A stretch of 63,901 nucleotides of DNA, the filler included, from Choristocarpus tenellus KU-1152 (Eukaryota; Protista; Phaeophyceae), in NCBI GenBank assembly GCA_964200185.2. It is 14 parts of 14 records of this genome, joined end to end, with 100 filler letters (N's around TTAATTAATTAA, not from the genome) between each part and the next. Parts side by side here need not be neighbours in the genome. Positions count along the whole stretch, not along the records: positions 1 to 12,981 come from CAXNAD020001621.1; 13 more parts are not named here. One strand, 5' to 3'. Each line of letters starts with the position of its first letter. The first letter of the stretch is position 1. Positions 1 through 11,691 of the stretch are shown here, piece after piece. A program made the position numbers and the translations under genes. The notes below the pieces were generated by a model, which was not told the DNA's origin, did no database searches, and was given only the letters and a program-made list of their open reading frames with translations.

Positions 1-103
1 GAAAAACCCCCCCCCCCCCCCCCCACAGTTTGAGAAGATTACACTTAATACATGCCCAGCATGCACCAGTAAGTCCCAATACATCAAAAGCATGTAACAT
101 TAC

Positions 104-3100
104 CGTTCAAGACGGTGCTCCCACAGGTTCGGACCAAGTTCCTCGAGCATGATTTGTACACTGAGCTGAATGACACGATCTGCCACTCCATCTGAACCCT
201 GTGTAGAAACAAAACAGAAACAATATTTTTTGTTTTATTTTACTGGAAGCAGTGAGAGAGCACGCAGACCCTACTCCACTACTCCCACTGGCTCTTTCTT
301 TCCTTGATATGAAACAGAATCATGAGTTATCTATTGGTACTGCCCTTACTCCAATAGTGTCATCAATGATCATTCTCATTATCAAGTCATGATTCCCATT
401 TTGCTTTGTTACTTTACTGAGGTGTACCCCCACTCTCTCATGTAAGCGACAAAGCTCACTGATCACATTAGATAGTACAATCAAGTTGATTCACTACATA
501 ATTAATGCAAACAAAAGTTTTGTATAACCAGCTATCATCATCAAGAAACAACAGCAAGCACAAGAGATAATAAAACTAAAGGTGAATACAGGTCATAAAC
601 ACTCTGAGAGGCAGCACCTGGAACTGTTCACGAACAAGGCGAGACCCATGAACCTCCAGGAGTTCAAACAGCTCCAAAGATCGCACCAATGCCAGCTTCA
701 TTATCTCGCCCAGACCATTTACAACATTACGCTCATCCTTTTGCCACAAGCAGGGGTTTTATATCAAGGTGGGAGTCAAAGGGGAGTAATGTGGAGGTGG
801 ACAGTGATTATCAGTCGTTATGATGAGCATTCTTGTATAGACACAGACACCTCTCACGCCTAAAAAACTTGACATGACTCTCATAAAACACTGTGACATT
901 TCCTCAGGAAGAAAAAAATATGTGCTACTTTTATTCCAAGAAGTAGGGATAAAAATACAATCCGTGGCATCCATGATATTTGGCAAGTTCTAGCGCTTTA
1001 TAACTTCCAGAATTTACTCCATCATTATCAGCAGCAATTATTATTCTCTCCTTTTTCTGATATGTAATTACCTATATTATTCACTCCCAATGAGCATAAT
1101 ATTTTAGCATCTATTCCGGCTTTCTTAATAGAAAGTGCAGTCCCTACACCTTCTGCAATTATAGTAATATCTGATTTATCTGCCTTAGATATTTCCACAA
1201 ATGAACCAGAGGTGTTAGGCAAGGGGTTTCCAATGACCTGTGAAGCGATGAAGGACTTATCCAGGAAGGCGCCGATGGGGGCATAGAAGGTTCCAACCCT
1301 GTTCTTTTGAGGACCCATGGAGCACGAGCAATAATCCACACCATTTTTCACTCCAACACTGGCATCCACCAGGGCAAGGAGGGTAGTGGGCACACGGATG
1401 AATGGGACACCTCGGCGATACAGTGATGCAGCCATCCCAACTATATCCAAGAGGACCCCTCCGCCAACAGCTAGGACAGGTTCCCTACGTCGAAGGCCAA
1501 AAATGCACAGCTCCTCCAGAATCTTATCCACTGCCTCCATGCGCTTATTTGCCTGTTACACAAAAATCGTGGGGGGGCAGGGGGGCCTTCAACCTGTAAG
1601 CTTCACACAAAAAGTGATGCACATATATAATATATATATACTCTAGCACAAAAAAGGATGAAATTATCTTGTTCTTCCCTGCTAACTTGTTACTATCGCC
1701 ACTGCTGGCCACAATGTTGACTATTGTGTCTGTTGTGGTTAAGAAATTATCAAATACATCCGATCATGCATGCATACGGAATTTCACCTCCTCGCCAGGC
1801 AGTACAACAAAGTGCGGCTCCACCCCATGCTGCCTGATATTTGCTACCATCTTGGGTCCGTAGAGCTTGTGCACCGCCTCATCTGTAAAAAAAAGAACAA
1901 TGTTATTGATAAAACGGGAATGGCATCAGTAGAGCAGGTTAATGACAACGGTAGGAGGTAAAGGTGGTCAAAAGGAATGGTATTAATTGGAGGTACAAGA
2001 GGGTTACACAAAATTTACATGCACAAATTTCCATCCAGATGTACTTGGCGGTAGGTGGGATAATTTATCCACACGGCAAGTTTCTGTCGTGTTTTACCCC
2101 CTTTATTTGCTGGCTCACCCGCCATCAAGGGTACTCCTTGAGAAGATCGCTCCTTCAGGAAGGAGCACCACAACAAACGATTCGCCTCATCCCATGCTTC
2201 CCACCTCTTGTCGAACAGATCAGGGTTAGCTTTTCATACAGAAAGAAATCGTGCTAAGATCAAGGGTGAATGGGATGTCGAAACACATATGAATCCCATC
2301 AATAAATGTGAGATCCTGGCCGTTTTATTGGTGCAGATTTGGTTCAAAAAGAAAAAAAGGGTAACCCAGTGTTCTCAATGTTTCTTTTTTATCATGTCCC
2401 CACCCCAATCAATCTCAATATCCAAGAGGACTACTGCAAATGACATACTCCATCGTAGGTTTTTGGGTTGGTCGGATTTGAATACCTTTCAAAATGAGGT
2501 AGCAAAGGTTAAGGTCACAATGAAGCCTTCCAATTTAGTGTCTGATGACCTTGAGATCAACCCTCCTCTACAGAAGTTCTACAGTACGTGCCACACCTTA
2601 CATGCCATACTTTCAACAAAGCGACTAAGATCCTACTGTGCAGGCCTTCCTGTGCACACTCACCTATGACGATGAAACGACGTTTAGGTCCATCCTTAGG
2701 AAGAAAGTGCGTGGACAGGACAGTTGAATTTGCTGAGAGCATATTGGGACAAAGCTCCACATCGTACTGTATTGGAAGGTCAAACACATTCCTCCAGCCC
2801 AACACCTCTCTATGCGGCCCTCTGAACACAAGAACATTGTCTGGAGCACGTGCCAACGGTTCGGCTTGCGAGGTATAACCGTTGGTCGACCGGAATGGGT
2901 TGAACGAGGTCTCTGTAGCATGCATTGCTGGAGCACTTTGGGTAGAGATGTGGTGTTCACAACACACAGTGGGGATGGGAAGATCGGAAGGTTAATGTTG
3001 CGAGTATTGTTCGGGTGAAGAGGTATTACCACAAAAGCATTCTGTAAAGCAACCAGCGAGTTGTGGCCTGATGAGAACAACAAAGCACGATTTCTGCACA

Positions 3101-3680
3101 ACCTCACCCTCTCGAATTTGTTTTATTACATGTCCAACATGATTAACCCATGAATCTCAACAAATACGTATGTTCTCTCGGAGGGTTCGACACGGAACAT
3201 CAACGATAAAACTTCTGTCCACTTGTAGAATAAGCCTATGCGATGATACCCAATCATGTTTTTCTCACTCTCTGCAAGTTATTTTGGCGTCTTTCCTCGA
3301 GGATCAGACACACCTGATAGAATCTGGGTGCTTGAGCATATCCTTCAGCTCAACTTTCGAAGATTCCGGCAGATCTCTCCACGCCTAAGATACAAGTGCA
3401 AACAGACAGTTTGAGGGTTTACAGTTGCTCCCGTCAGGTACATTTGAAAGAGGTAAGGTCATCACTCGTATATAGAATCAAAGTGAGGTAAAAGGATACT
3501 ACAAATACACACCCTGAGGATAGTTGTAACTGCCTCCTGAGTCGACTGGAGACTCTCCACTGCGGCCTTCTTCGGCTCGATATGATCCAGCGGGGCCCTA
3601 CGCGACGAGACCTTGCCCATACGCATCTCAGGCGTGGTGGCGCAAAGGGGGCGACCAGAATCAACCTTGCTAGAATTCAT
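104..3680 (-). CDS. Sedoheptulose-7-phosphate cyclase, 2-epi-5-epi-valiolone synthase (EEVS)-like, DHQS superfamily; multi-exon, 3' end runs off the window
   Basis: GT-AG exons: 3680-3513, 3384-3314, 3235-~3193, ~3067-2664 (internal splicing ambiguous), 1882-1788, 1552-1238, 737-618, 198-104. Phases are consistent for the cyclase exons. Motifs: AVGGGVLLDIVG, YRRGVPFIRVPTTLLALVDASVGVKNGVD, KNRVGTFYAP, NGLGEIMKLAL, MLEELGPNLWEHRLER. MLEELxPNLWE resembles ValA/EEVS rather than the DDG synthase form (MLELExPNLHE). Confidence 0.88.
979..1210 (-). pseudogene. Intronic fragment of a bacterial-type Toprim domain (Rickettsiales TraA/primase-like), frameshifted
   Basis: AT-rich stretch in the intron between exons 1552-1238 and 737-618. 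It translates SGSFVEISKADKSDITIIAEGVGTALSIKKAGIDAKILCSLGVNNIGNYISEKGE and, after a 1-nt shift, IIIAADNDGVNSGSYKALELAK. Both Toprim motifs are present (IIAEG and AADND). The source assignment is from recall of the family, not a search. Confidence 0.75.
2040..2260 (-). mobile_element. Possible decayed Copia gag fragment in an EEVS intron
   Basis: Minus frame reads KANPDLFDKRWEAWDEANRLLWCSFL, reminiscent of Retrotran_gag_2 N-termini. Short and broken. Confidence 0.25.
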
Positions 3681-6600
3681 GCCGCGATGTGTGGTGAAGC
3701 GTAGAGGAAGAATGCTTGGAGATCTTGCTCCAATACTACCCTCTGTCCACCTCTGTAAGGTTTGAAAATAACAGGGCTACTGATATTGAGATTTGGGGTG
3801 TAGTGTTATCTGTCTATCTCAGAGATTATGTTTGTGTGATGAAGGTTGCGAAGTCTCGAAAGGTCGAGAAGGTCGAGAAGAGGCTAAAATGGAAAAAAAT
3901 CTCAAGGCGGGTTATTTCATTTGCAGTTATAATGTTGCAATACGTCACACATCAAACACACCATAAATCACATTTTGTCACGTACGTTTGTAGTAGAATT
4001 ATGTCGTACTTTTAACAATCAACCATATCGACTAGAAGCTCAATCAAAACAAACGAAGTTCCGATGAGGAACTAATTTATTAGTATAGTGGTTTTGTAGA
4101 AGAAGAGTGGTATTTTGTTTTCTTTGAGGCGGTCTCTTTGTTCTCTCCTACGTACTTCGAAGTACTCGACTAAATCTCTTCAGTGAAGTTTGTTGAGTCA
4201 TTTCAGTCATTATTTTTTATAACTTCTCACAAAACGATATGCGTTTTTATATTTGTTTTATATATTGGATATTTATTGAATAATGGATTCTGTACTTTGG
4301 ATGTAAAACTTGAAAAACCACCCAATTTAGTACTTCTTTTAGAATAACCCTACCACCACCTCTCTTTAAAAAAATACATTCCAACATGCGAGATTCTACA
4401 AAAAAAGAGAAGCCTTCCTCCTATAGTTTTTACAAGACAAAGTTGGTAATTCTGAAAGGTGTGTCATATAATGTGTCAGACATTGTAGAGGGGGACCAAC
4501 ATATTTTGTAATAAGATAAATATATATGATAATGTAACAATATCACAGTTAAATATGACAATATGTAATAATAATTATGTATTTGGTCGGGCCGTTATGT
4601 TTATATTGACAATTGATATTACAGTGAAATAACTGACGTAAAACGACGTAACTACAACTAATATAGAATTTTTGTACACTCAGACAATAAAATATTCTCC
4701 TTGTTCGAACCGCTCTCATGCCTCCATCTATATTATTTATGTTATTGTGCTACTTGCTAAATATTACCTGATTTCAGATTATGTCCGACAAATCCTGTCT
4801 TTTCGTCTCTCACAATGTCAGCAACCTTACTATCATAATATCACTAACCCCATACTCACCCCTCCTCCTTATCCATTATTTTTACCCACCTGCTGTCTCA
4901 CCAAACATATCAAGTTCTCTTCTCCTTCATACGAACACCTAACAATTTCTTGTGACCCGACCAACTCTTTGATAGACCAGCTATAACTCGCCGCTCGCTC
5001 TCAGGACCGAGAGCGGTAAGATATCCAAGACGAGTACTGACGATTTGTGGTAGGCATACAGGTAACCCATAGCATGAAATTTGTCGAACCCGACAGAGAG
5101 TATTATAGTATTGTTATATAAAATAGATTATAATAGGTTCAAGTTTCTTCATTCATACATACTGCATACTTGTGTAGTGCAATACCACTAGTAGTAGTAA
5201 TAGTAGTAGTACAACTGGGATCCTATAATAATAATATTGGAAGACCACTCCAATTATTATTTGTTACCGTTACTTACCACACTCAAATGTGTGTAGTTAC
5301 TACTAAGAAAGATAACTCAGAATGCAAAAGAGTTCAAACCTACCTACAACTCAATTGGTTTGGCTCATTACTGCACTACTGTTGTTTGTTGTTGGTATGA
5401 GGGTGGCGGTGGTAACCACCTCATGTAACTTCAGAATTCTGCGTACACTCACCAAATACGTGTTACGTATTGGGAAGTATGAAGTAGCAGTGTTAGTGAA
5501 CTTTTTCCCACGAGCAATCAAGTAACCACTGCTACTGCTACTAGTAGTATGCATCATCAACCAACAGACCACACCTGGCACAATACATTCTCCAGAGTAG
5601 TTACTACTTTCCATATGAAAAATGAAATAAATTTACCTTGACCGATGATCATGACACATCGCTACCCTCACACAGTGCGAATTATCTCTTCCTGCCTCAC
5701 CAACATTGATATGGTAACTCCACCTGTGTCAGCGGGTAGTGATAGCTGAATCACTTACTCGGCACCCTAGTGAACATACCTTTGACTTGCTATCAGCCGG
5801 GATACCCTCTATGGCATATTCAATACTCAATAAACCCCAGGCACACTTAGGTAGTAGGTGCCTATATTGCTGCTCCTTACCTGCAGCTTTCCATCTTACA
5901 GAGGGAGAGAAAGGAACCCACTTGATAAATTTGGAGTACATGCTCAGAGCAGAATAATGTAGTTATTAAATTATCAAGAATAAGTAGTACCGTTATCCAT
6001 GAACAATGAAATTTGCAAAGAACAATTTTCGACAGACCTATTTCCTACATGGTATTGCCGTAGACACATTTAAGTAGTAGTTCAAAACACAGAAGAAGTC
6101 TAGAGTCCTTATCCTGAACACACTGCACAGAAGAAGTTGTTACGACTCAAGATCATGACATCTTTTGATGCGATACAGGCAATCTTTTTGGCACAATAAA
6201 GCTTTACAACTGAAGGAATACTCATGTTTAGTGTCATTCCTGGTTGGTTCGCAATGCTTGTTTGGCACCCTAGGTAGTAGGAGCAGAGCCATCGCAAGAG
6301 CTGGTATCAACTGACACATACATGAAATATGAAGCACGCAATAAATGTTCTTGTCATCACCTTTGCAACACACATATATAACACTTGGGAAGCATCAACC
6401 ATAGATGCATGTGAACCACAGAAAAAGGTGATAGGCGTATTCAACTCATCCAAAACTATACCCAAATGAACAGTATGGCCGCAATGAGTTCTTTAGTGTG
6501 CAAGGTCAAACAAATGTACACATGCATACATATAAGATACTTTTGTAAAATATCTTCCGGTCATGTTATCTCCACTACAAATAGCTTTCTGGGATCATCC

Positions 6601-7001
6601 CATCATCCAATCTGAGTTACATTACACCTCACCATTCTTTGCACTTTGGACAAAACAAAATTTTTAGCAAGGACCCTTTCCCACACATGATTTACATTGA
6701 AGTAGACAAGTCGACGTAGAATAATCATGATGATCAGACTTACACCAGGAGGCGGCGGCTGCATAACCTCCATCAAACCTGGGCGTAAGCAATTGCTTAT
6801 TACTACTGTTAGTTGTGCAAAAAAAGAGCATGACCTTACAACGGGATAGGTTGGACAAAAATAACAATCTGTGTGTGGTATTACTGACTACAATGTACCA
6901 CAGTGTGCCTCCATATATTCTTGTGAAAGCAGCCACAACACCAAAGACATCAATATTTGCGGGACTCCTGTCCATCTACTCAGATTAAGACTTATTACTA
7001 G

Positions 7002-8510
7002 CTACACTGCTGTTGATTCTTGTCCCGAATGGTGCTTCTGATTTGCATACCTCTTTGCCATTATCAATCGTTCTGTCTCGAAGTCCCCCGCATCATGGTA
7101 ACCCCTTGCCAATGGCCTATAGCTCTTCAAGTTCATTTTCAACCCTGCTGCAAGACCCTCATCCAGCAATGCATGTGCCTGCCTTAACTTCCCGGCCTTG
7201 GTGCAGGCCATGATTGCCGCATTGTAGCATTTGACATCAGGGTTCACACCAAGGGACTTGGCCTCCTCGAGGATTTGCAAGGCGTGCTCCCATGCCCCCT
7301 CCTTTCCACATGAGGTTATTACTGAACTGAACGTAACAATAGTAGGAAATAGGTCCTCCTTCTGCATCTCCTCAAGGAGGAGGAGAGCACGCCTCCATTG
7401 ACCCCCGAGGCTGCACGCATTGATCGCCTCAGTGTAACAGTGGACATCCAATGGAACGTCAGTAGATCGCATCTCCTCAAGCAGGGAAAGAGCTCGCTCA
7501 ACCTGTCCACCCCTACCGCAAGCACAAATTGCCGCAGAGTAGCCAAATCTATCAGGGGAAATTCCCTCTGCCTGCATGTCATCCAGCAAGGAAAGAGCAC
7601 TCTGCCACTCTCCTTCCTTGCTCAATGCTCTCATCGCCACAGTGTAATGGACAATGTTTGGGCTGATCCCTGCCGCACGCATCTCAGTCAACAGGGAAAG
7701 AATTGATGAGGAAGGGGCACGACCTTTACTGCACGCCGTGAGGGCAGCGCTGTAGCAGAAAACGTCGGGACACTCCCCTCGTTCCTTCATCTTCGTAAGG
7801 ATTTTCAAAGTTTCCATCCATTGCCCTTCCCTTGCAGTTGCGGTCATGACGCTGCTCCACATGAATATGTCCACCCGCTTGCCATTGTCCAAGAGGTTGT
7901 CCAATGTTTCAACAGCCTCTTGCCACTCTCCTTTCTTCCCAAGCACACCAACTTTTCGCACGAACGCCTTCGATTGCTCAATCCTTTGGCTCTTCTCGGC
8001 CCTGACGCCCTTGCGACCAGTAGTGGACCACTTTCCATCCCTCCCTTGAGTTCGCTCCCGCCTTCCGCCTTCACTCTTTCTTTTTTCATTCCGCCCACCA
8101 CTGCCTCCCCCACCACTTCTGCCCCATTCCCTACGTGCATCTTCCTTGTGGGTAAATGCCTGGCGTCGTCTTGGAGGAGTTCTCCTGGAGTGACTAACAC
8201 CTACCGGCTGCGACACCTCGCGAGTCTTCGACACTTGCACAATATTTCTGGATCCTTGGCCTTTCACCCTTCCCCTATTACCCGTATCACCTTCTGAATA
8301 TGTGAACGTCCTCTTGCCTTGTAGGACCTGAGCATTATGGTCGACTACCGAAGGATGTAGGGAATAGTCTTCGCGATGTTGATACTCAAGAGAAGCAGTC
8401 CGATGTCCTCGGCTGGATCCAGCATAGGAAATCCATTCTAGAAAATTGCCACTGGCTGATGCAAAGGCATGGCGGCACACGTTGACGCGCAAACGCGAGA
8501 GAGGAGTCAT
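7002..8510 (-). CDS. Pentatricopeptide repeat (P-class PPR) protein, 502 aa, intronless, probably organelle-targeted
   Basis: About 9 tandem 35-aa motifs (e.g. IVHYTVAMRALSKEGEWQSALSLLDDMQAEGISPD). The Arg/Ser-rich, acid-poor N-terminus MTPLSRLRVNVCRHAFASAS resembles a transit peptide. Confidence 0.92.
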   Translation of the reverse strand: MTPLSRLRVNVCRHAFASASGNFLEWISYAGSSRGHRTASLEYQHREDYSLHPSVVDHNAQVLQGKRTFTYSEGDTGNRGRVKGQGSRNIVQVSKTREVSQPVGVSHSRRTPPRRRQAFTHKEDARREWGRSGGGGSGGRNEKRKSEGGRRERTQGRDGKWSTTGRKGVRAEKSQRIEQSKAFVRKVGVLGKKGEWQEAVETLDNLLDNGKRVDIFMWSSVMTATAREGQWMETLKILTKMKERGECPDVFCYSAALTACSKGRAPSSSILSLLTEMRAAGISPNIVHYTVAMRALSKEGEWQSALSLLDDMQAEGISPDRFGYSAAICACGRGGQVERALSLLEEMRSTDVPLDVHCYTEAINACSLGGQWRRALLLLEEMQKEDLFPTIVTFSSVITSCGKEGAWEHALQILEEAKSLGVNPDVKCYNAAIMACTKAGKLRQAHALLDEGLAAGLKMNLKSYRPLARGYHDAGDFETERLIMAKRYANQKHHSGQESTAV

Positions 8511-9039
8511 TGGGTGTGGTTGTAGATGGTGAACTGGAATGGGAAATGGGGAAATGCCTCCTACTATAATATATATAATATAGTAGTAGTAATATTTCCA
8601 TAAAAATAATAATACGTTAAGAATAGTAGTACAAACTAAACGTACCTACAACAGATCGGAGTTCTTTGGTAGTGATGGATTTAGGTGCTTCAGTCATACC
8701 ACCACACCGATCTCTTCAGACTACAAAACGTGAGCCAGATAACGCACTTCTTTACGTTCAAATTGGATTTTTAACAGTTTCAAGTTTAAACCTGCTGCTT
8801 GCAAAGCTTTTTAAGTGCTGGTCTAGTAAGTGTAAATATCCTTCCTAGTATCTATGTGGGAGAACAAGCAATCAAATCATCCATGTAAATCAGCAAACCA
8901 CTAAGTGTCTAAACTTGGCAAAGGATAACTACATGATTATTTCAAATTGTGAGGGAGTATTTGATATCCCATACGTCATCCTATTACAAGCATATATAAC
9001 TCTGGAAGTGCCATAAGCAGTCCTATCAGTATCACCTTC

Positions 9040-9095
9040 ATTGGGTTTTGGCCCCCAAATGGACGCGGACTCTACCCTCTAAGATACTTTGACTC
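9040..9095. mobile_element. MITE family A, terminal fragment
   Basis: ...GGCCCCCAAATGGACGCGG..TACCCTCTAAGATACTTTGACTC end only. Confidence 0.8.
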
Positions 9096-9262
9096 ATTAA
9101 CAGCACATCAAATGTGAGCCCTCTTGTCGAGTCAGTCCTCCAAGTATACTTTGCATATGATACACACACACAAGCGGGTATGTAGTATATAAATCACTAC
9201 GTTAGGTTTTATGTTTATTATGGTTGTGTTGGGGGAGATGTCGCAGAACCTCTTTTTTTGTT

Positions 9263-11231
9263 CTCCCTCTGTTCCATAACTCTGGGCCGTTAATTTGTAG
9301 CTCTTCATTCAGGAGGACCTTCGATAACGAAACGGACTTTTGCATTGGGTTCCTTGGAATGTTTTACATTAAAAATCTATGTCTCGCCTTTATTCGACAT
9401 CGTCAACCCAACAATCCAGGACCGCCGTGAGGCCGCTGTCTACTTCGATCTAGCCAACCCACCCTCCCGCTGCCTTTTTTTGGTCCTAGTGTGCTCTACA
9501 TTGAAATCGTTCCCCCCCAGCGCCCTTTACACCTGATTTTACCTCTTGAATAGACCACATGCTCTCGATCGTGTCTGTGTTGTAAGTGCGGAACATACTT
9601 CAACCCCTCTACAAGTGAGTCAAAGTATCCTAGAGGGTAGAACGACGTCCGTTTGGGGGCCAAAATCCAATGTTGTGATTTTGATGTAATTTTGGCTATC
9701 ATGTTTGTTAGGAAGTGTCAATATCCTTGTTCCGGACACGTCTTTTCATAGTTACATACACATTATACCTACTCCAAAACATACACGTTTTACCTACTCT
9801 GAAACATTTCGGAGTTGGAAAATTTCATAAAAAACCCGTGGGAAGCTAAGCCCCAAACGGATAAACAGGGAAACACTCATACCCTCTAAGATACTTTCAC
9901 TCAGTTCATCAACAGTGCAGTAATGCTCTGCCCAAACCCTGCTCTTCAGAGATGCAACCCCCCCCAAATCATTGATGTCTAGATCCGGCAAACTGTGCTG
10001 GTTGTGACGCGAGCTTAATATCCCATCCCTCCTCCATCTCTGCTGTGTTCAGCTTCTGAACCATACCCTTGTCCGTATGCAGGGTTGTGCTGTCGTGCTG
10101 TGTGGAGCGCCCCCCAATTCCAGCCATGGCATTTTTTCCTTGATCACTGGCAACAGCTGCTCTGTGTACCACTCCAGGTACCACTCGGCGTTGACGGTGA
10201 CATTGACCCCATACTCCTCGCCCTTTGTGTGCCATGCTGTAGTCCATTGCGCTTCCTTTGTGATGCAGACCCACCAGCCTCTATTTTTGCTGTTGAAATC
10301 ACGGGAAGGATCCGGGTGCAGAATCGGAGATGAACATTACTTTGGGAATGTGACTCTTGTGCTGCACCTTCGTTGAGTCCACCTCTTCCTCCCCCGGAAA
10401 CATGCGCACCATCTCTCGTTTGCGGATGAGGTAGAACCACGCCTCGTTGATGTGAATGGTGTTGAGGCCAGTCCTGTAGATTTTGCTGTTGTGGGAGATC
10501 TGCTCGAGGATGAAGTCCACCCTGTTCTTGTGAGAAAACCAAATGCTAGAGGTGATGCGCTACTGAACCCTTGTTGCTCCCATGGCTTTGAGCTGCTGAC
10601 TGCAAGGTCCGCTTCGGTAAGCTTGGCAGAAAGTTGGTCAATATTCAGCGCATGAATACTGGCGTTGATTCCCGGATCTTCGCTTGTTTCATTGACGTAA
10701 AGTTCGATGGCCGTCCAGATCGTGCTTGTGATTGCAGGGAGATAATATTCCCCCTGTCTAACAGTTCTTTGACACGTGTACAAACCCATTTAAGGTGTCT
10801 CTCTCCTACTCCAAACTCTTTCACTAATTTAGATCCCGCACCCCTCTCGTGACCTGGAGGAAGAGCCAATGTGTAACACATAGCAAGTACAGTCCGACCT
10901 TCCTCGGTCAGCTCGCACTTCTTTCCCCAAGACGGTGGGCTTCGTGCCGGGGATGATGGGCTACGGGGGCTCGCCATGGGGGTTGTGGGAGTGTTGTGTG
11001 GCTCCATACCGCAGCAGAAACATTCAAAAATGGTAAGAACATGACCCATTCTGTTTTTCATTCTTTCGGAACTATTTCAGAGGAAAAAATGTTGTACTTC
11101 GTAGAATTCTTTGAAATTTAGGGATAGGACGTTAATTATTCCAAGGAATCCAACGCAAAAGTCTGTTTTGTAATCGGAGATCATCCCGAAGAGCTACAAA
11201 CGAACGACCCAGACTTATGGGACAGAGGGAG
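9263..11231 (-). mobile_element. Full-length but degenerate Tc1/mariner element of the plant/oomycete DD39D-like (Stowaway-related) type
   Basis: ~44-bp TIRs: CTCCCTCTGTTCCATAACTCTGGG at 9263 and ...CCCAGACTTATGGGACAGAGGGAG at 11231, followed by TA. Frameshifted transposase ~10980-9400 with IHI(N)EAWFY, QHDS, QPAQ-PDLDINDLG..SLKSRVW and GGNDFNVEHT. Interrupted by the MITE at 9617-9902. Confidence 0.9.
9617..9902. mobile_element. MITE family A, complete, 3-bp TSD AGT
   Basis: TIR GAGTCAAAGTATCCTAGAGGGTA / TACCCTCTAAGATACTTTCACTC. Removing the element plus one AGT restores the transposase frame (GAT GAA CTT GTA, DELV). Confidence 0.92.
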
Positions 11232-11691
11232 TACCACAAAAACAAAGTAAGTGCAGCAGGTTTGCCCATAATGAGTGCTCCTTGCATGAGGTGGAGTGAT
11301 GATGATCGGGAGGAGGTCAAGGCTTGAACAACAATGACAATAGGTTCAAGTGACCCTAACCTCAAACCAAAATATTCGTGGAATCATACGGTTTCCAACG
11401 CACCTGATCCACATTGTATTCACTACAAGTTTTCTATTATAATATAGGGTTGTTGACACCAGCCTGCCTTGTGCTGGACACATAATAGGTAAGGGAGGAT
11501 TATTATTATACATGATTAAAATATTTTGGCTTGAATCACAACTCTTAATTCAAAGCCCTTCTTCACACCATCACGAGTGCAAGCCCCTGAGCACATTCAA
11601 TCACGTAGTAATGGTCTAACCAGATCGAGAGATTTTGGGATACATAAGTGTGGTACGAAAAGGAACATTTGTACCAACCAATGAAAGAGTC

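Noticed and set aside
1028-1540. ORF read as a genuine cyclase-Toprim fusion protein
   Set aside because: A GT donor at 1237 splices in phase to the next cyclase exon. The Toprim part is intronic and frameshifted.
2920-3235. Cyclase as a pseudogene, or use of non-canonical splicing or stop readthrough (TAA near 2993)
   Set aside because: Canonical GT-AG alternatives (donors near 3192 and 3029; acceptors near 3068 and 2928 or slightly downstream) keep the frame open. It cannot be decided without transcripts.
4584-5094. Possible solo LTR (TGGTCGGG...CCCGACA)
   Set aside because: No matching TSD and no second copy in the window.
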